NCBI GenBank assembly: GCA_030265395.1
Contig: JARFYF010000057.1
Span: 18,160,408-18,224,407, forward strand
Direction: 5' to 3'
DNA length: 64,000 bases
From: Rhina ancylostomus
Taxonomy: Eukaryota
This document shows positions 24,010 through 36,124 of the stretch, piece after piece. The stretch's first letter is position 1. Each line of letters opens with the position of its first letter. Made by a program: the position numbers and the translations under genes. Below the pieces are notes generated by a model, which made no database searches, was not told where the DNA came from, and saw only the letters and a list, made by a program, of their open reading frames with translations.

Positions 24010-24665
24010 GTTTTAAATTATTCATTCAGGTGATGTAGATGTCACTAACAATGTCGTATTTATTGTCCATCCCTAATTGTCCCGGAAATGAGGAGGGAAT
24101 TAAGAGTCAGCCACATCAGTGGGTCTGGAATCACTTAGACCAGATCAGGGAAGATGGCATATCTCCAGCTCTGAAGGGCATTAGTGCAGTGGATGTGTTT
24201 GTTACAGCCATCCAGTGGTCTCATGGTAACATAACTGAAATTAGCTTTAATTCCAGATTCATGTCATTACATCCATGGTGGGATTTGAATAAGTATCTTG
24301 CTCAAACCTCAGGCTGCTCGTCCAGTGATTTAATCACCATCCCACCCTGTGTCAACAAAGGAGTTGTCCATTTTCCCCCCTTGAGCTTGTTCAGGCATTC
24401 AATTAGACCATGACTGATCTTGTGTTAATTCCCGCTACCTGCATTGTCCTTGCCTCACAGAAGTCTATCCAGCTTTTGAAATTTTCAACTGAGCCTGTAG
24501 TTCCTTCGTTTATGGGGAAGGGAATTCTAGAAATGCATCCTAACATCACCTCCAAACAGCTTGGTTCCAGTGTTAAGGTTTTGTCCCCATCTTCTGAGCT
24601 CACACTACAAGATGTAATGATTTCTTTTAATCCAGCCTGCAAAGTCCTTCAGTCCACTTAATCAC
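24010..24665 (-). mobile_element. L2-tailed SINE (24010-24350) abutting a CR1 3' fragment (24350-24665)
   Basis: atttattgtccatccctaattg...taagagtcagccacat; tccagcttttgaaattttcaactgagcc...gaattc. Confidence 0.6.
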
Positions 24666-26786
24666 CCATGGAATAGTGCCTTCTTCATTAATTAATCATT
24701 AAAATTTGAGTGTGCAGACATTTTTCCTGCATCTCGTATGTCCAATATGCAATGAAAGGAGCAGGTTATTTTTTATTCAAGTTCTTTCTTCTCTCTGGTA
24801 AGTGGTTCAGTGCTTGAAGGCTGATCTTCAGCTTGTTTGGGCCTCATAGAGCATAGCAGACAGTCCAAACCAACATCCCCACCTCTACTCCCACCCCTCA
24901 CCCTACTGCTAGAGAAACTACTTGAAATTCTGTTCCAAAAAATGGCATTCAGGAAGTCTCCATATCAGTGGTTCCATGGTGCTGTGGCAAATTGGACTAA
25001 TCTCCCCCTGTGCATTTCAGCTCTGACTCCAGGCAGGCCACAAGTCTGTTGGCTGTTAGGGCCTTGCCTAATGGCCAGTCTCAATTCAGCTCACTGGTGA
25101 TTCAACATTTCGCATTAAAGGGACAGAGATTTCTTTGTACACACCCCTAAAATTAATGTTCCTTTTGACTGCATTCACACCAGAATCAAGCGGTCATTTC
25201 AAATCCCGCTGCAAACTCTTGAGTCTGTTGTCAAGGCTGACTCTCCAGTGTGGTATTGAGCGAGAGCTACACTGTTGGAGGTGTCACCTTCCCATGGAGG
25301 TGTTAAACCTATCTGCACTCTCACATGGATGTAAAACTGCACAGCACTAATTTGAAGAGTGAGGCAGACCTAATGTCTTGGTCAAGGCTTAACCCTCAAC
25401 TAACTTCACAAAACAAAATGTACCAAATGATCTTTTCACTGTTTGTGGGATCTTACTGTGCAAAAATCGGCTGCCAAGCTACCTGCATTACAAAACTGAC
25501 TATGCTTAAAATGTACTTCATCAGAATGCCTTGATATTGTTGAAGACTACATAAATGCAAAATCGTTCTTTCATTAGTGCCCAAAGCACTCAGGAAGAAA
25601 TACTGCCTTATTTACAATAGCTGTTATCACATTCTCCCAGAAAGCTGCTCTACTCTTTTCCTCTCATTATTATTCAGATATTGACCACAATTAAGAACTT
25701 ACTCCAAGTAGGTTTTGCACAAGTGACAATGTTTAATGCTGACATCGAAGGCAAAGAATAGTTATCGCACTGTCAAGCTTCCTTCAATAAACCAATGCCA
25801 GTGGTTTACTAACTGTAGCTCAAAGTGCGTTCAATATTTGAATTGATTCTACCCTTGCATTAAACAAACATCTTCACCAATTTATGCTCAGCTTGATAAG
25901 GTGAAGCTTTCATCTTTAATTGTTATTAAAGGCAATGGGTCAATTTTCCAACCTAGCTACTATTGGGTGAAAATTATGTCACCAACCCCCCACCCTCAAC
26001 CCATCACATCTTAAATGCAGAGTTAAGACCTGCTCTGTTGGCTCACGTTCCTGCACCCCAACTGTCTGCGTAAAACAGGAACTAATCCAGACAAAATTCC
26101 AAAAGCAAAATACTACAGATTCTGGAAATCCAAAAATAAAAACAAGGGAAATGCTGGAAGTATTGTATTCTTCTGCTCCACCTATACCCACATGCAAATT
26201 GCTGTAACGGTTTCCTACTTGTAAACAGCCAAGAAAATACACAAATTTAACAGTTGATAACTGAAATTTCTGTTCATGAAAATGCAATTCAAGTAAGATG
26301 TTCTTTAAAAAGTGTTATTTTGAGGTAACAGTATTTTGATAATTAACCAGGTCTGTTCCAAAAGGATGATGGTGTTCCAACATAATAAAGTTCACAATGA
26401 ACCTCTACTTTCTGAAAATGTCGGGAGGGACATTTCATGTCTGGGTGGTGGTGGGAGAAATGGCTGGAGGAGTATTTAAGGGAATAGGCTGTAATGTGAA
26501 TCCTCTGCCTACTGAAGGACCATGAAGGCACTGGAGAATATATATGTACGAGGACTGAGAGGTTATGACAGTCATTGAACATGCTGGTAGGGAGTGGGGG
26601 TGTAAATGGCTGCTTTAGAGAAAGGAAAAGGTGGAGAGCAGACTTCACAGAGATGCTTATGAAAGGTTTGTACAGACTACGAGTGGGATAGATGTGTTTC
26701 ACTTGTTATAGAGTCCATAACAAATGGTCATAAATCTAGGATATATATCCAGAGGGGGTTAGAATGTGGAATTAAATACCATTCGG

Positions 26787-26975
26787 AATATTCAGCAAGT
26801 CAGGCAATATCTGTGGTGAGAAAAATAGAGTTAATGTTTCAGATTGGTGCTGTGATGAAAGGTTATTAATCTGAAACATTAACTCTTTTCTTCTCTCCAC
26901 AGATGCATCCTGACTCGCTGAGTATTTCAGCATTTTCAGTTTTTATTTCCAATTACTAGCATCTGCAGTGTTTTA
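26787..26975. mobile_element. Inverted pair of Penelope-type terminal repeats (hairpin-forming)
   Basis: Arms ~26787-26845 and ~26868-26926, with a perfect 19-bp inverted core agagttaatgtttcagatt / aatctgaaacattaactct. The hammerhead box is decayed to GTGATGA. Confidence 0.8.
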
Positions 26976-28614
26976 CTTTTGGACCACATGGAGCAGTTGA
27001 GGTGAATAGAATAATTGCATTCAGGGGCAAGGTACACAAACATGACAGAGAAAGGAACAGAAGATATGGTGACAGGGTTAGCGAAAACTGTGTGGGAGGT
27101 GGGTCACTTGGAGCATACACACCAACATGGATAGGCTGGGCAAAGATGGCCAACTTTGTGTCATTTTGTGCCTTGATATATCCCTGAATGACACGCAATT
27201 CCCACCATTTTAAGTCATTTTACATTTTGCATGGATTTGGAGCAGTGGTTTTAGTGAGACACCTGACAACCGTCCTGGAGATTCATTGTTACATAAAGCA
27301 CAGCAGTTAACTTTCAGAGTGATGTAATGGCATTGCTGCATCCCATTAATAAAGCATTACGTAGTTAACTCTTACATTAGAGGGAGGCTCAGAATTTCAG
27401 TGTGCATCTGCCCCTTTGTCTCTCTCCCTCCCTTCTTCATTCCAACCTTTGGTAACTTTACTGTGTCAGTATCAATTGACCTTTTCACTAATACAAACGG
27501 AGGGGAGGACACTAATTCCTACTCCTTTTGTTTCTCTGATTTGTATTTTTCTCTCCAAATCTGGGGAAAATAATTATGCACAGAAATGTCCTCCAATGAA
27601 TAACTCACCTTGCCAAACCAGAAATGAAATCGCAATGGATCCCTGTCTGCACTTGCATTAGACGTGGTCAAGTGTGTTAAAATATGGCAACAAGAAAGAT
27701 TCAGATTCTACCCTTGGTCATTTGAACCTCCTTGGCCAATTCTGCTGTCAGTCTTCAAAGATGGAGAAGTGGGGCATTTGGGCCATTCATTCTGAAAAAT
27801 CCTCCCCCCATCCCTTCCCCCTCCCGACCATCACAGCTGCCAGCGTTACCTGATGTGATTTGTTTTTCATTTGCACCACTGTTCTAAACCAAACACACTT
27901 CCCTTTGACTAAGACTATCCTGTCATCGCTCCAAAATCCACCCCTCACCAGGACAAGCACTGTGCTTTCGACACATTGTCTCTGTTGGATGGAATTTCAA
28001 ACTGTGATGTTGGCCTGCTGCTGCTTAGGGGAATTGATTGATTTTCATTGCCTGAGTTTAACTAAAGTGAAAGTCAGGTGCTTTTCAATCCTGTCAGACC
28101 TGCAGTGGGACTTGTAAACCTGATGGCAATTTGAAAAAGGTATCTCTCTCACTGACTCACTCCTCCCATTCTTGCTCCCTGTCTTTCCCTCCCTCTCTCT
28201 TTTACCCTCTCCTTCGTGCCCTCTTACTGTGTCTGGAGTCCATTTAAAGGCTTCTATTTCTCTGTAGTTTTCTTCCTGCTTACTTTTCAGTGTTCTGTGA
28301 GACCCAAAGGCCAATTGCATCTGTCAGTCAGCTTTTCTCATTATCTCTCCTCTGTCTGTCTGTATGTTCATCACTTTCTCGCCTTGTCTCATTGTCCGTT
28401 ATCCACAATAATTGCATTTATGAGCAAAAGACAAACGATGACAATGAGCTAATGAAGACAAAATTAGGAAGGGTGACCAAAAGATTGGTCAAGAAGTAGT
28501 GTTTAAAGGGAGGGTTGGGGGGGTTGATGCTTCTGAATCCAGGGCAGCAAGATTGAAGGCCTTTAGGGGCGTTATTACCAGAAAGAAGGAAGGTATTCTG
28601 GTGTTCTAAACTCT

Positions 28615-28750
28615 GGGGTTCTGATGAAAGATCATCAACCTGAAACATTGGCTCTGTTTCACTCGCCACGGATGCTGCCTGACCTGCTCACTATTTCCAG
28701 CATTCTCTGTTATTATCTTACATCTCCAGCATCTGCAATATTTTGTATTT
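28615..28750 (+). ncRNA. Penelope-type terminal repeat with a minimal type I hammerhead ribozyme motif, sense to the CELF gene
   Basis: gggtt-CTGATGA(28621-27)-a-agatc-atc-aacct-GAAA(28642-45)-catt-ggctc. Both catalytic boxes are intact; stem II has two mismatches. Confidence 0.55.
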
Positions 28751-28759
28751 AGACACAAT

Positions 28760-30130
28760 CAACCTTTCAGTAAGGATGGTGAATGTGTATAAAAGATTTA
28801 CAAGGATGATATCAGAATGGAAAAATTGTAACATTCACAAAAGTCTGTGCAGTCTCTTTTCTCTAGAAAAGAAAAGCCTGACCTGTTACCTAGCAGGTCT
28901 TTAAGATTATGGAGCCTGATAGTGAAGAAGCAAAATTAGTTAACTTGTGGAGAGTCCATGACTGGAGGGCATAAATATAAAGCAGTTACTAATAAATCAA
29001 ACAGGGAATTTAGAAGAAACACTTTTACCCACAGAGTGCTTAGAATGTGGAATTTGAAATAGTTGAAGCAAATAACAAGGATACATCTAGGATGAAACTA
29101 GATAAACACAGAAGAAGAAAGGAATAGAAAAAAAGCTTTTGTATTTATGGACATTCCTCTATATCCTTTTCAAGATGTCTCAATCTGCTTTACAGCCAGT
29201 GAGCTACTTTTGATGTTCAATCATTGTTGCATTGGAAGTTATAGATGGCAATTCTATCAACACCTACTCCCAATTGATTGTTCATTTTGGGTTTCATCAG
29301 GAAAACCTGACCACAGATCTCACTACAGCTTTGGTCCCTACATGGACCTCACAGAACCTCAGTAAACCTGAAGTCTGTAGGGATCAATGAGAAAACTTTC
29401 CACTGGCCAGAGCCATTCCTTGCACAAAGGAACATGGAGGTATTCATACAAGCAGCAGGATATTGCTGCGGGAGTTCCTGAGAATTGTGCCCTCCTGCTA
29501 ACCATCTTCGGCTGCTTCTACAGATAAATGAAAAATAAAATATAAGCAAAAGTTACCATTGGTTCCTTACTGAGACAAGAGGAATTATATTGGGGAATAA
29601 AGAAATGATAGAGAAAATAAGCAAATATTTTGTGGGAGTGGGAGTAAACAGGTCATTTCTGGGTTGGTAAGCTCTGCCACAGGGTTGAGTGCTGGAGTCC
29701 CAGGTGGCTGTGTCTACGTCAGTAATTTGGATGAGGGAATTGTGTGATAAGTTTCAAGTTTCGTAAGTTTCCAAGTTTCACAGTTCTCACTTCTCACAAC
29801 ATAGAGGACACAGTGTTTCCTCTGGTGATGTCACGGTCAGAGAACCAAAAGCTACAGTCTCAAAAGGAACACCATTCAGGGCACAAAGTACTTTCTTTAT
29901 CCATATGGGGTGAACCTTTGGAGCTCACCATCTAAGCAAGCAGTGGAGGTTCAGTTACTGTGCATTATGAAGATGGAGAATGATAGATGTTTAGGTTTTG
30001 AAGGAATGAAGGGATGTGGGGTTAGTGCAGGAAAGTGGTGCTGAGGTAAAAGGTCAGCCATGATCTTATTGGATGGTGGAGCAGGTGTGGGAGGCTCAAT
30101 GGCCCATTCTTACTTCTATATTTTGTGTTC
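28760..30130 (+). mobile_element. Cluster of decayed CR1 fragments with a SINE tail at ~29140-29240
   Basis: agatttacaaggatgatatcagaat..., acttttacccacagagtgcttagaatgtggaat, ggtcagccatgatcttattggatggtggagcagg. Confidence 0.7.
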
Positions 30131-31379
30131 TGTGTCCAATAGCCTTCCATCCATGAGAAGATCTAAAATGGGGATGTATGCTGATGAGTGTGCATTGTTC
30201 AATTCCATATGTGCCCTCCTCAAATGAGGCAGTCTAAGCTTTAATGCTGCAAGATCTGGACAACATTAAGTCACGGAGATAAGCAACATTCACACCGCAC
30301 AAGCATCAGATACTGACCGTTTCCAATAAGGGACAGTCTGAACTCAATCAATGAAATTACCAAAGCAGATTCTCCCTTCATCCATATCAGGGCAGGGGGA
30401 GGTTTGAGGGCAAGGTCTGATAAAATTGGGTGAGAGGGTATGCGTGGGAAACAGAAATGCCACCAAGAACCAGATGGGACAAATGTCCTGTTTTTGTCCT
30501 GAAAATTCAGTAACCTTGAGACCTAGAAAATAAAATATTTGTGCCTGCTTTTTGTGTAAATCATGTATGAAAAGTGTCCTGTACATATTTTGAAACATAT
30601 GCACCAATTTCTGGCTGAAATCCCACTTTCACCACAAGATTGGACTGGCACTTCAAGTCAACATGCACCCTCATGCTGATGTTGTTTCCCTGTCATATTT
30701 TGCGCATGTGATTACATCATCATTGGCACAACTTTCTGACTGATCAACAGTAATTGTATAAAAGGGTTGCAACCTTCATAGTTGACTTGCAGTAAAACAA
30801 GGAACAAATCGCACAGCAAGGCATGAAGCAAGAATTAGAGAGTTGCCCTGAGGACTCAGTTTTTAGCTTTACTGACCTCCCCACGTAAGCTTCCATGTCC
30901 TGCCCTTTTGCAGATAAGTAGCACTGAGAAAGATCACAGCATTATTGCACAGGATGCTCCAAACTCTGTCCCTGATGATTGCTGTAAGAGTCACCGAATC
31001 ACGCCATTCCATAGTACTGTGCTATGCCCTCACTTATTTTCCCCTGCCCCTATTCCTCCCACCCTTTCCATACTTCGTCACCCTCTCCCATCGTCTATTT
31101 ATTTGCTTATCAATGTCTAATGCTTGTAAACGGAAGAAAACCAAAATAGCAATTTCTTAAGTGAGGGTGTCCTGGTTTAACCTTTTGTTTGGCAAGCTCC
31201 ATTTTGGCTTTAATGTCTTAGTGCCTATTTTGCACACCAAGAACATTTGAAGTTCAATTTCGACGTGCTTGTCATTAATTCAGCACAGCCGTTCTTATTT
31301 CCCTTTCCCTTATCAAATTGCTTTCAAAAATTCATGCTGTGTGGATAGTGATGAAGGGGTTAAATTATTGGGCTCGTAA

Positions 31380-31830
31380 CGCAGAGACTGGAATTCCAAT
31401 CCCAATATGGCAGTTGTGAAAACATTAATAAAAGTTCTTTACTTGTAATGATAACCACAAAATTACTGGATTGTTGTAAAAACAACCATTGTGTTGGAAT
31501 CACAAGAGACTGCAGATTTTGGAATCTGGAGTAAAAAATAGTCTGCTGGAAGAACTCAGCAGGCCAGGTAGCATCTAAGAGCAGGCAGCATTGAAGTTGG
31601 GGGTGGGGGGGGGGTAAATGTCAACATTTTGGGTTGAAACTCTTCATCAGGACTATCAGATTCACTAATGTCTTTCTGGAGGAGAAAATCTGCTGTGCTG
31701 GAATATGTGACTCTAGACTCACCAATGTGGTTGGCTCTTAAATGGCCTACTTAGCCAGACCCAAGGGCGATAAGGGATAGGCAATAAATGCTGGGGCTTT
31801 CCCATGATGCCCATATCTTTAAAAAAATTA
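31380..31830. mobile_element. L2-tailed SINE (+) interrupted by a second-subfamily Penelope-type repeat (-) at ~31500-31655
   Basis: The insert reads on the - strand agtcCTGATGAagagtttcaacccAAAAtgttgac...ctgctgagttcttccagcagac; the SINE resumes at gattcactaatgtc. Confidence 0.65.
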
Positions 31831-32129
31831 ATATTTAAAAAAGAACCTGCAACATGCAAAAGATGGGAGGAAACAGCTTCATTGAAAGCTGCACAAATCC
31901 AGTGGGACTCTTGTGCAGAGGGCCTCAATTGCTTTGTACATGTTATAGCAGCTCAAGATCCATGTGGTTGTGTAATCTTTCATCATGTCAATTAATGCTG
32001 GTAATTCTTTTGCTACATGTGTATCTGTCTGAGAGAAAAAAGATCAATTTCCTTAACAATGAGTCAGCAATAGACGGATGGTGCTATTTCACACATTGTA
32101 CCTGGTGAATGACAGGCTCAAAGTAGTGA

Positions 32130-32143
32130 GTTACCATGGCAAC
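32130..32143. promoter_or_regulatory. RFX X-box motif
   Basis: GTTACC-AT-GGCAAC matches GTNRCC-N(0-3)-RGYAAC exactly, in apparently unique sequence. Function untested. Confidence 0.45.
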
Positions 32144-32361
32144 TGCCATTGACAAATGGGGGCCTAGGCCTGGTTCACGTGTCAGCTCCACTTGAAGGCT
32201 CCAAGACGGTGAGCCGTAATCTTATGAAGGCTAAACAACCCTTAAGTATAACCAGTTTAGTGTTCCTGATCAAGAAATAAATCACTTTTAGTTCTAATGT
32301 TTTCAGCATGGATACACTGAACTGGAACATAAACTGGTTTTAATTCTGTCACAAGCTCAGT

Positions 32362-32742
32362 TCAGGCTATATGAGTTGGCTTAATTCTGCCTAGTGTTTT
32401 GACTCTTTTCTTGGGAAAGCTTGATTCCTGAAGAGATACACTACAACAGATCCTCGGTGACCCATTCTCCACATTCAAGTCTAGCCAGTGTGAGTCAGTA
32501 GGATATTTGTTGTGTTCCTCACAGCTGAACTTTGTCCTTCCCTCATTCCTCCCTAGATTTGCAGGCCCAGAAACAGATACCCAAGTTGTAGGGTCTCCCT
32601 GCCCCTGACCAAGTGGTTCTGCAGCTAATCTGAATATATAACTACTGTCCTGGCTGGGGTATGGCACCTCACTGTAGATAGAGAATGCAACTCTCTGGTC
32701 TGTGTGACCTCCTGGTACATTGGACATTGCCTTTGACCTCAC
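32362..32742 (-). mobile_element. Possible Harbinger/PIF DDE transposase relic
   Basis: ORF segment VPGGHTDQRVAFSIYSEVP...PLGQGQGDPTTWV...PAN...EGRTKFSCEEH follows the order of the HARBI1-type motifs PGSxHD..F...S.VP / LLGDxGYP..WL..P / E..YN..H. Catalytic residues are decayed. Confidence 0.4.
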
Positions 32743-33261
32743 CCAAATATTTCTGCAAGACTAAAGGTCAATTTGCACTTATGTTGCGTTAATTGTGTTT
32801 AAGTACCTAAAAGAAAGGGAAGAAAAAAATGATGAAAGAGAAAAAAAAGCAAGCAGAAAAGACCATTTACAGTAAAACTTGGATAATCCATTATCTGATG
32901 GTTTGGAAAACCCTATGGTTCAGCATCTGGCTCAGCGGGTGGTGTTTCCTGAACTCCCTGGAAACTCAGTGGGGCCCTGGTTCCCTCACTCTCTTCACCA
33001 GGCTCACTGGAAAATTTATTACAATACTGTGTAATGTTCAAAAGGTGAACTTATGGTGTGTTTGGAATATCATCCAATGGTCCAGAAAATCTGCCAGCCC
33101 AGCACCATCAAGTGCTGAGTGTACTGTGCACCAAGGATGTAGATGACACCCCTTCCCCCACTCACCTGCCCCAAAAATTATCTTTAAGAACTTTGTGTAG
33201 CATATTGGATCCAGCCCTCATCTCAGGATTCATCTGTCTGCACACACCAAGGTCATCTAAT

Positions 33262-33352
33262 CTTCTTGATGAAAGATCATTGACCTGAAACATTAACTCT
33301 GTTTCTTTCTTCACAGGTGCTGTCTGACCTGCTATGTATTTTTAGTATCCTT
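33262..33352 (+). mobile_element. Penelope-type terminal repeat with a mutated hammerhead core
   Basis: TTGATGA-aagatc-att-gacct-GAAA-cattaactctgtttctttcttcacag. Confidence 0.7.
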
Positions 33353-36124
33353 TCTCATGTCTAACATGAGTTTACAGATGTGTGTGTGCTTGGTTTGGAC
33401 ATAGTCCCACCATAATATTGAGGATACATGTCCATGCTCCTCAGAGGCTGGTCAGTTTGAAATTCCTGCATTCAGCATTGCCCTCCACTCTAATACTGCT
33501 CTCCATGCAATGGCTACTGACTGGCAATTGAGGTTAAAATTGCCCTTTTGATGTCAGCACTTCCACTTTTATGAAGGGAAAACCTTCTGAGTGTCAGTCC
33601 TCCTGCTGAACTTCAAGCATGGCTTCCTTTGCAGACTCTCAGGTGAACCCAGCACTCCCCAGGCTGTGCTGCCTCCTAGAACTACCAAAGCAATCAGGGC
33701 AGGCATCACAGTCTTCTCAAGCTGAAACAGTGGAGTGGGGTTGAAAGTGAAGGCATTGTGATGCTTGGATGCCCATCTGTGAGGTTAAAGCTGAACATGA
33801 AGCAAATGCTACCTGTTTGCAGAAGGAACATATTTCGGTGTGACTTTCATTAACATTCATGGTGTGGAACTCACAGCTGCTGCCACAGAATTGGGCATGT
33901 GTTGAGAAAAGTTAGCTGAGAGATTCATCAGCCAGCTTGAGTTGTGGGGCAATGAGAAAGGAGCATTGGTTGGCAGGGATAATAGGTTAAATCCAGGCTT
34001 GCTCTGCCTTTTCAGCTGGCTGTTAAAGATTCAATGGCACCTTTTAAGGAAGAGAAGGGGGCTTCTCCTGTGAGATCTTCCTCCCTCAGCCAGCACCTTC
34101 TGAAAGCAACCATTCACTTCTCTCATTACCATTTGTGACATCTTAGTGTGTGCAACATGGCTGCTCCTTGTAATTATAATCAGTCTCCCTATTCTGAATC
34201 ATGACAATACAGTGCAGGTAAGCAAGAAACACTGGAGCATAGGGAGGAGACTTTCCTGATCTCAGCTACAAGTGATTAGCATAACCAGAGCCTTTGAATT
34301 GCATTCAGGGTCTCTATGTTATGAGTCCTCCAAGGACTGTTGTAAACATTGGCAGAACTTCTTCTGCATGTTTAACCGTGTACTGAAACACTACTGTGTA
34401 AGAGACCCATTGCCAGTTTTGTCTGTAGCTACCAGGAAGTGAATTCCTAACATGCGAAATGCATAAGAAATTGTAATCTAACTTTTGAGAATCTGGATAT
34501 GGGCAAAGCATGCATTACTTCGAAGCAAGATCTTTCTGAGTGATCTCTCACCATGGCAGGAGCTCTGAAAGCAATGGTTCATATAGTGAGCAGTTTCAGG
34601 ACAGCTTTTCCTCTAGGTAATGTATGGGAGACGGGAGTGAGTAACACACTCCTCACAGCTGGGAACTAGGGCAATGATTGCTGTAGTCTCCACCCCTCCC
34701 ATCAAGGGACAACAGGAATCCATTCATAATGATATAATCTACAATGATAGCTAAGGTTTGGACAGCAGTTCATCCTGCAGAAAGGCCTGCAGCCACATTC
34801 AAGACCAACACTGTTTCTCAAACATGCCACAGTTATTGCAACAGCAATGTAGTCATGCATTGACTTCACTTGCCTTCCAAATGGCCCGTGTGTGTGTTGA
34901 AATTTGAATGAAAATTTATCTGTAGTGCAGAAAAGCCTACACTTTCTGCCTCATCATATCCTATCTATAGGAGGAATCTATATGCAAGTTCCTTGGAAGC
35001 AGTCTCTTTATATGAACAGTATCTGAGATGAAGGGACCGAGGATTTGGTGCTAATGTAAAACTGGATGAGAAAGCCATTTTTGAGGAGAATGCAAAGAGA
35101 CAACAGAGAATTGTTGTAAACTGGTTAAATGAATGGGCAAGCACAGAGCATGTGGAATTATAATCTGGGAAAAAGTAGGAAAAATAGAAAGAAATTGTTC
35201 TTAATGATAGGAGTCTGGGCAAGTGGGTATTCAGAGGAACCTGAGTGGATGCGCATATGGATCACAGAAAATTAATGTGCAGATGCAAGAAAACAAATGA
35301 GTTGTTGTGCTGTAAAAGGACTGAAGAATTTACTTTAACTGACTTCAGTAGAACTGAAAAGGAGGACATAGCAGAGCACAAATTCTAGAATCACTGACCA
35401 AAGATGAAACTCACTCACAGAACGTGTTACTGTGGTTGCACAGAGCAGTGCTTCCCATCCTCTTTAAATAAAAACCCAACTTGTTCACAGTTGGTAAAAA
35501 AAACACATCCCCTATAAATCCCTGGTGATATCATGTACTGTTGCTTTCAAGATTTAGGAACCGACCTAAGGATTCCCAGGGATTGCTGGTGACTCTCAAT
35601 GAATTACTTCAATGTTGCTAAGGCTTCCTGGGTCCTCTGTAATCATCAAACACCTCAGGTTAGAAACCACATATCCAGAGCCTGAGGAGTACTGTACCGG
35701 TCTATACAGGAGTACTGTGCTGTGCAGAGCTTTGGTCTCTTCACCTAAGAAAGAATATACTTGCCTTCGGCAAAAGATTGACTCAAATGATCCCTGGGAG
35801 GGAGCAATTGGCCAGGATTAGAGATTGGATACAAAAAGTGAAAATGCTCTTCAGTGTAAGCAACATCAGTAGGTTGAGGAACAGAGTCGATGTTTCAGTT
35901 CAAGGATTCTTCTTTAGAAATGGAAAACTGAGAAAACAAGTGTGCAAGATTGCAGAGATGGGCAGGATAAGAGAGAAGGAGTAGAGTCTGATAGGTTGCA
36001 GACCAAATTTGTCAAGATAACAATTGCTTTAAAAATTGTTAGTTGGAGACAGAAAAGATGTAATAGAGAAGGTACTGGACAAAGAAAGAAAGAATAGAGT
36101 CAAGGTAAGGAAGAAATAGGTTCC

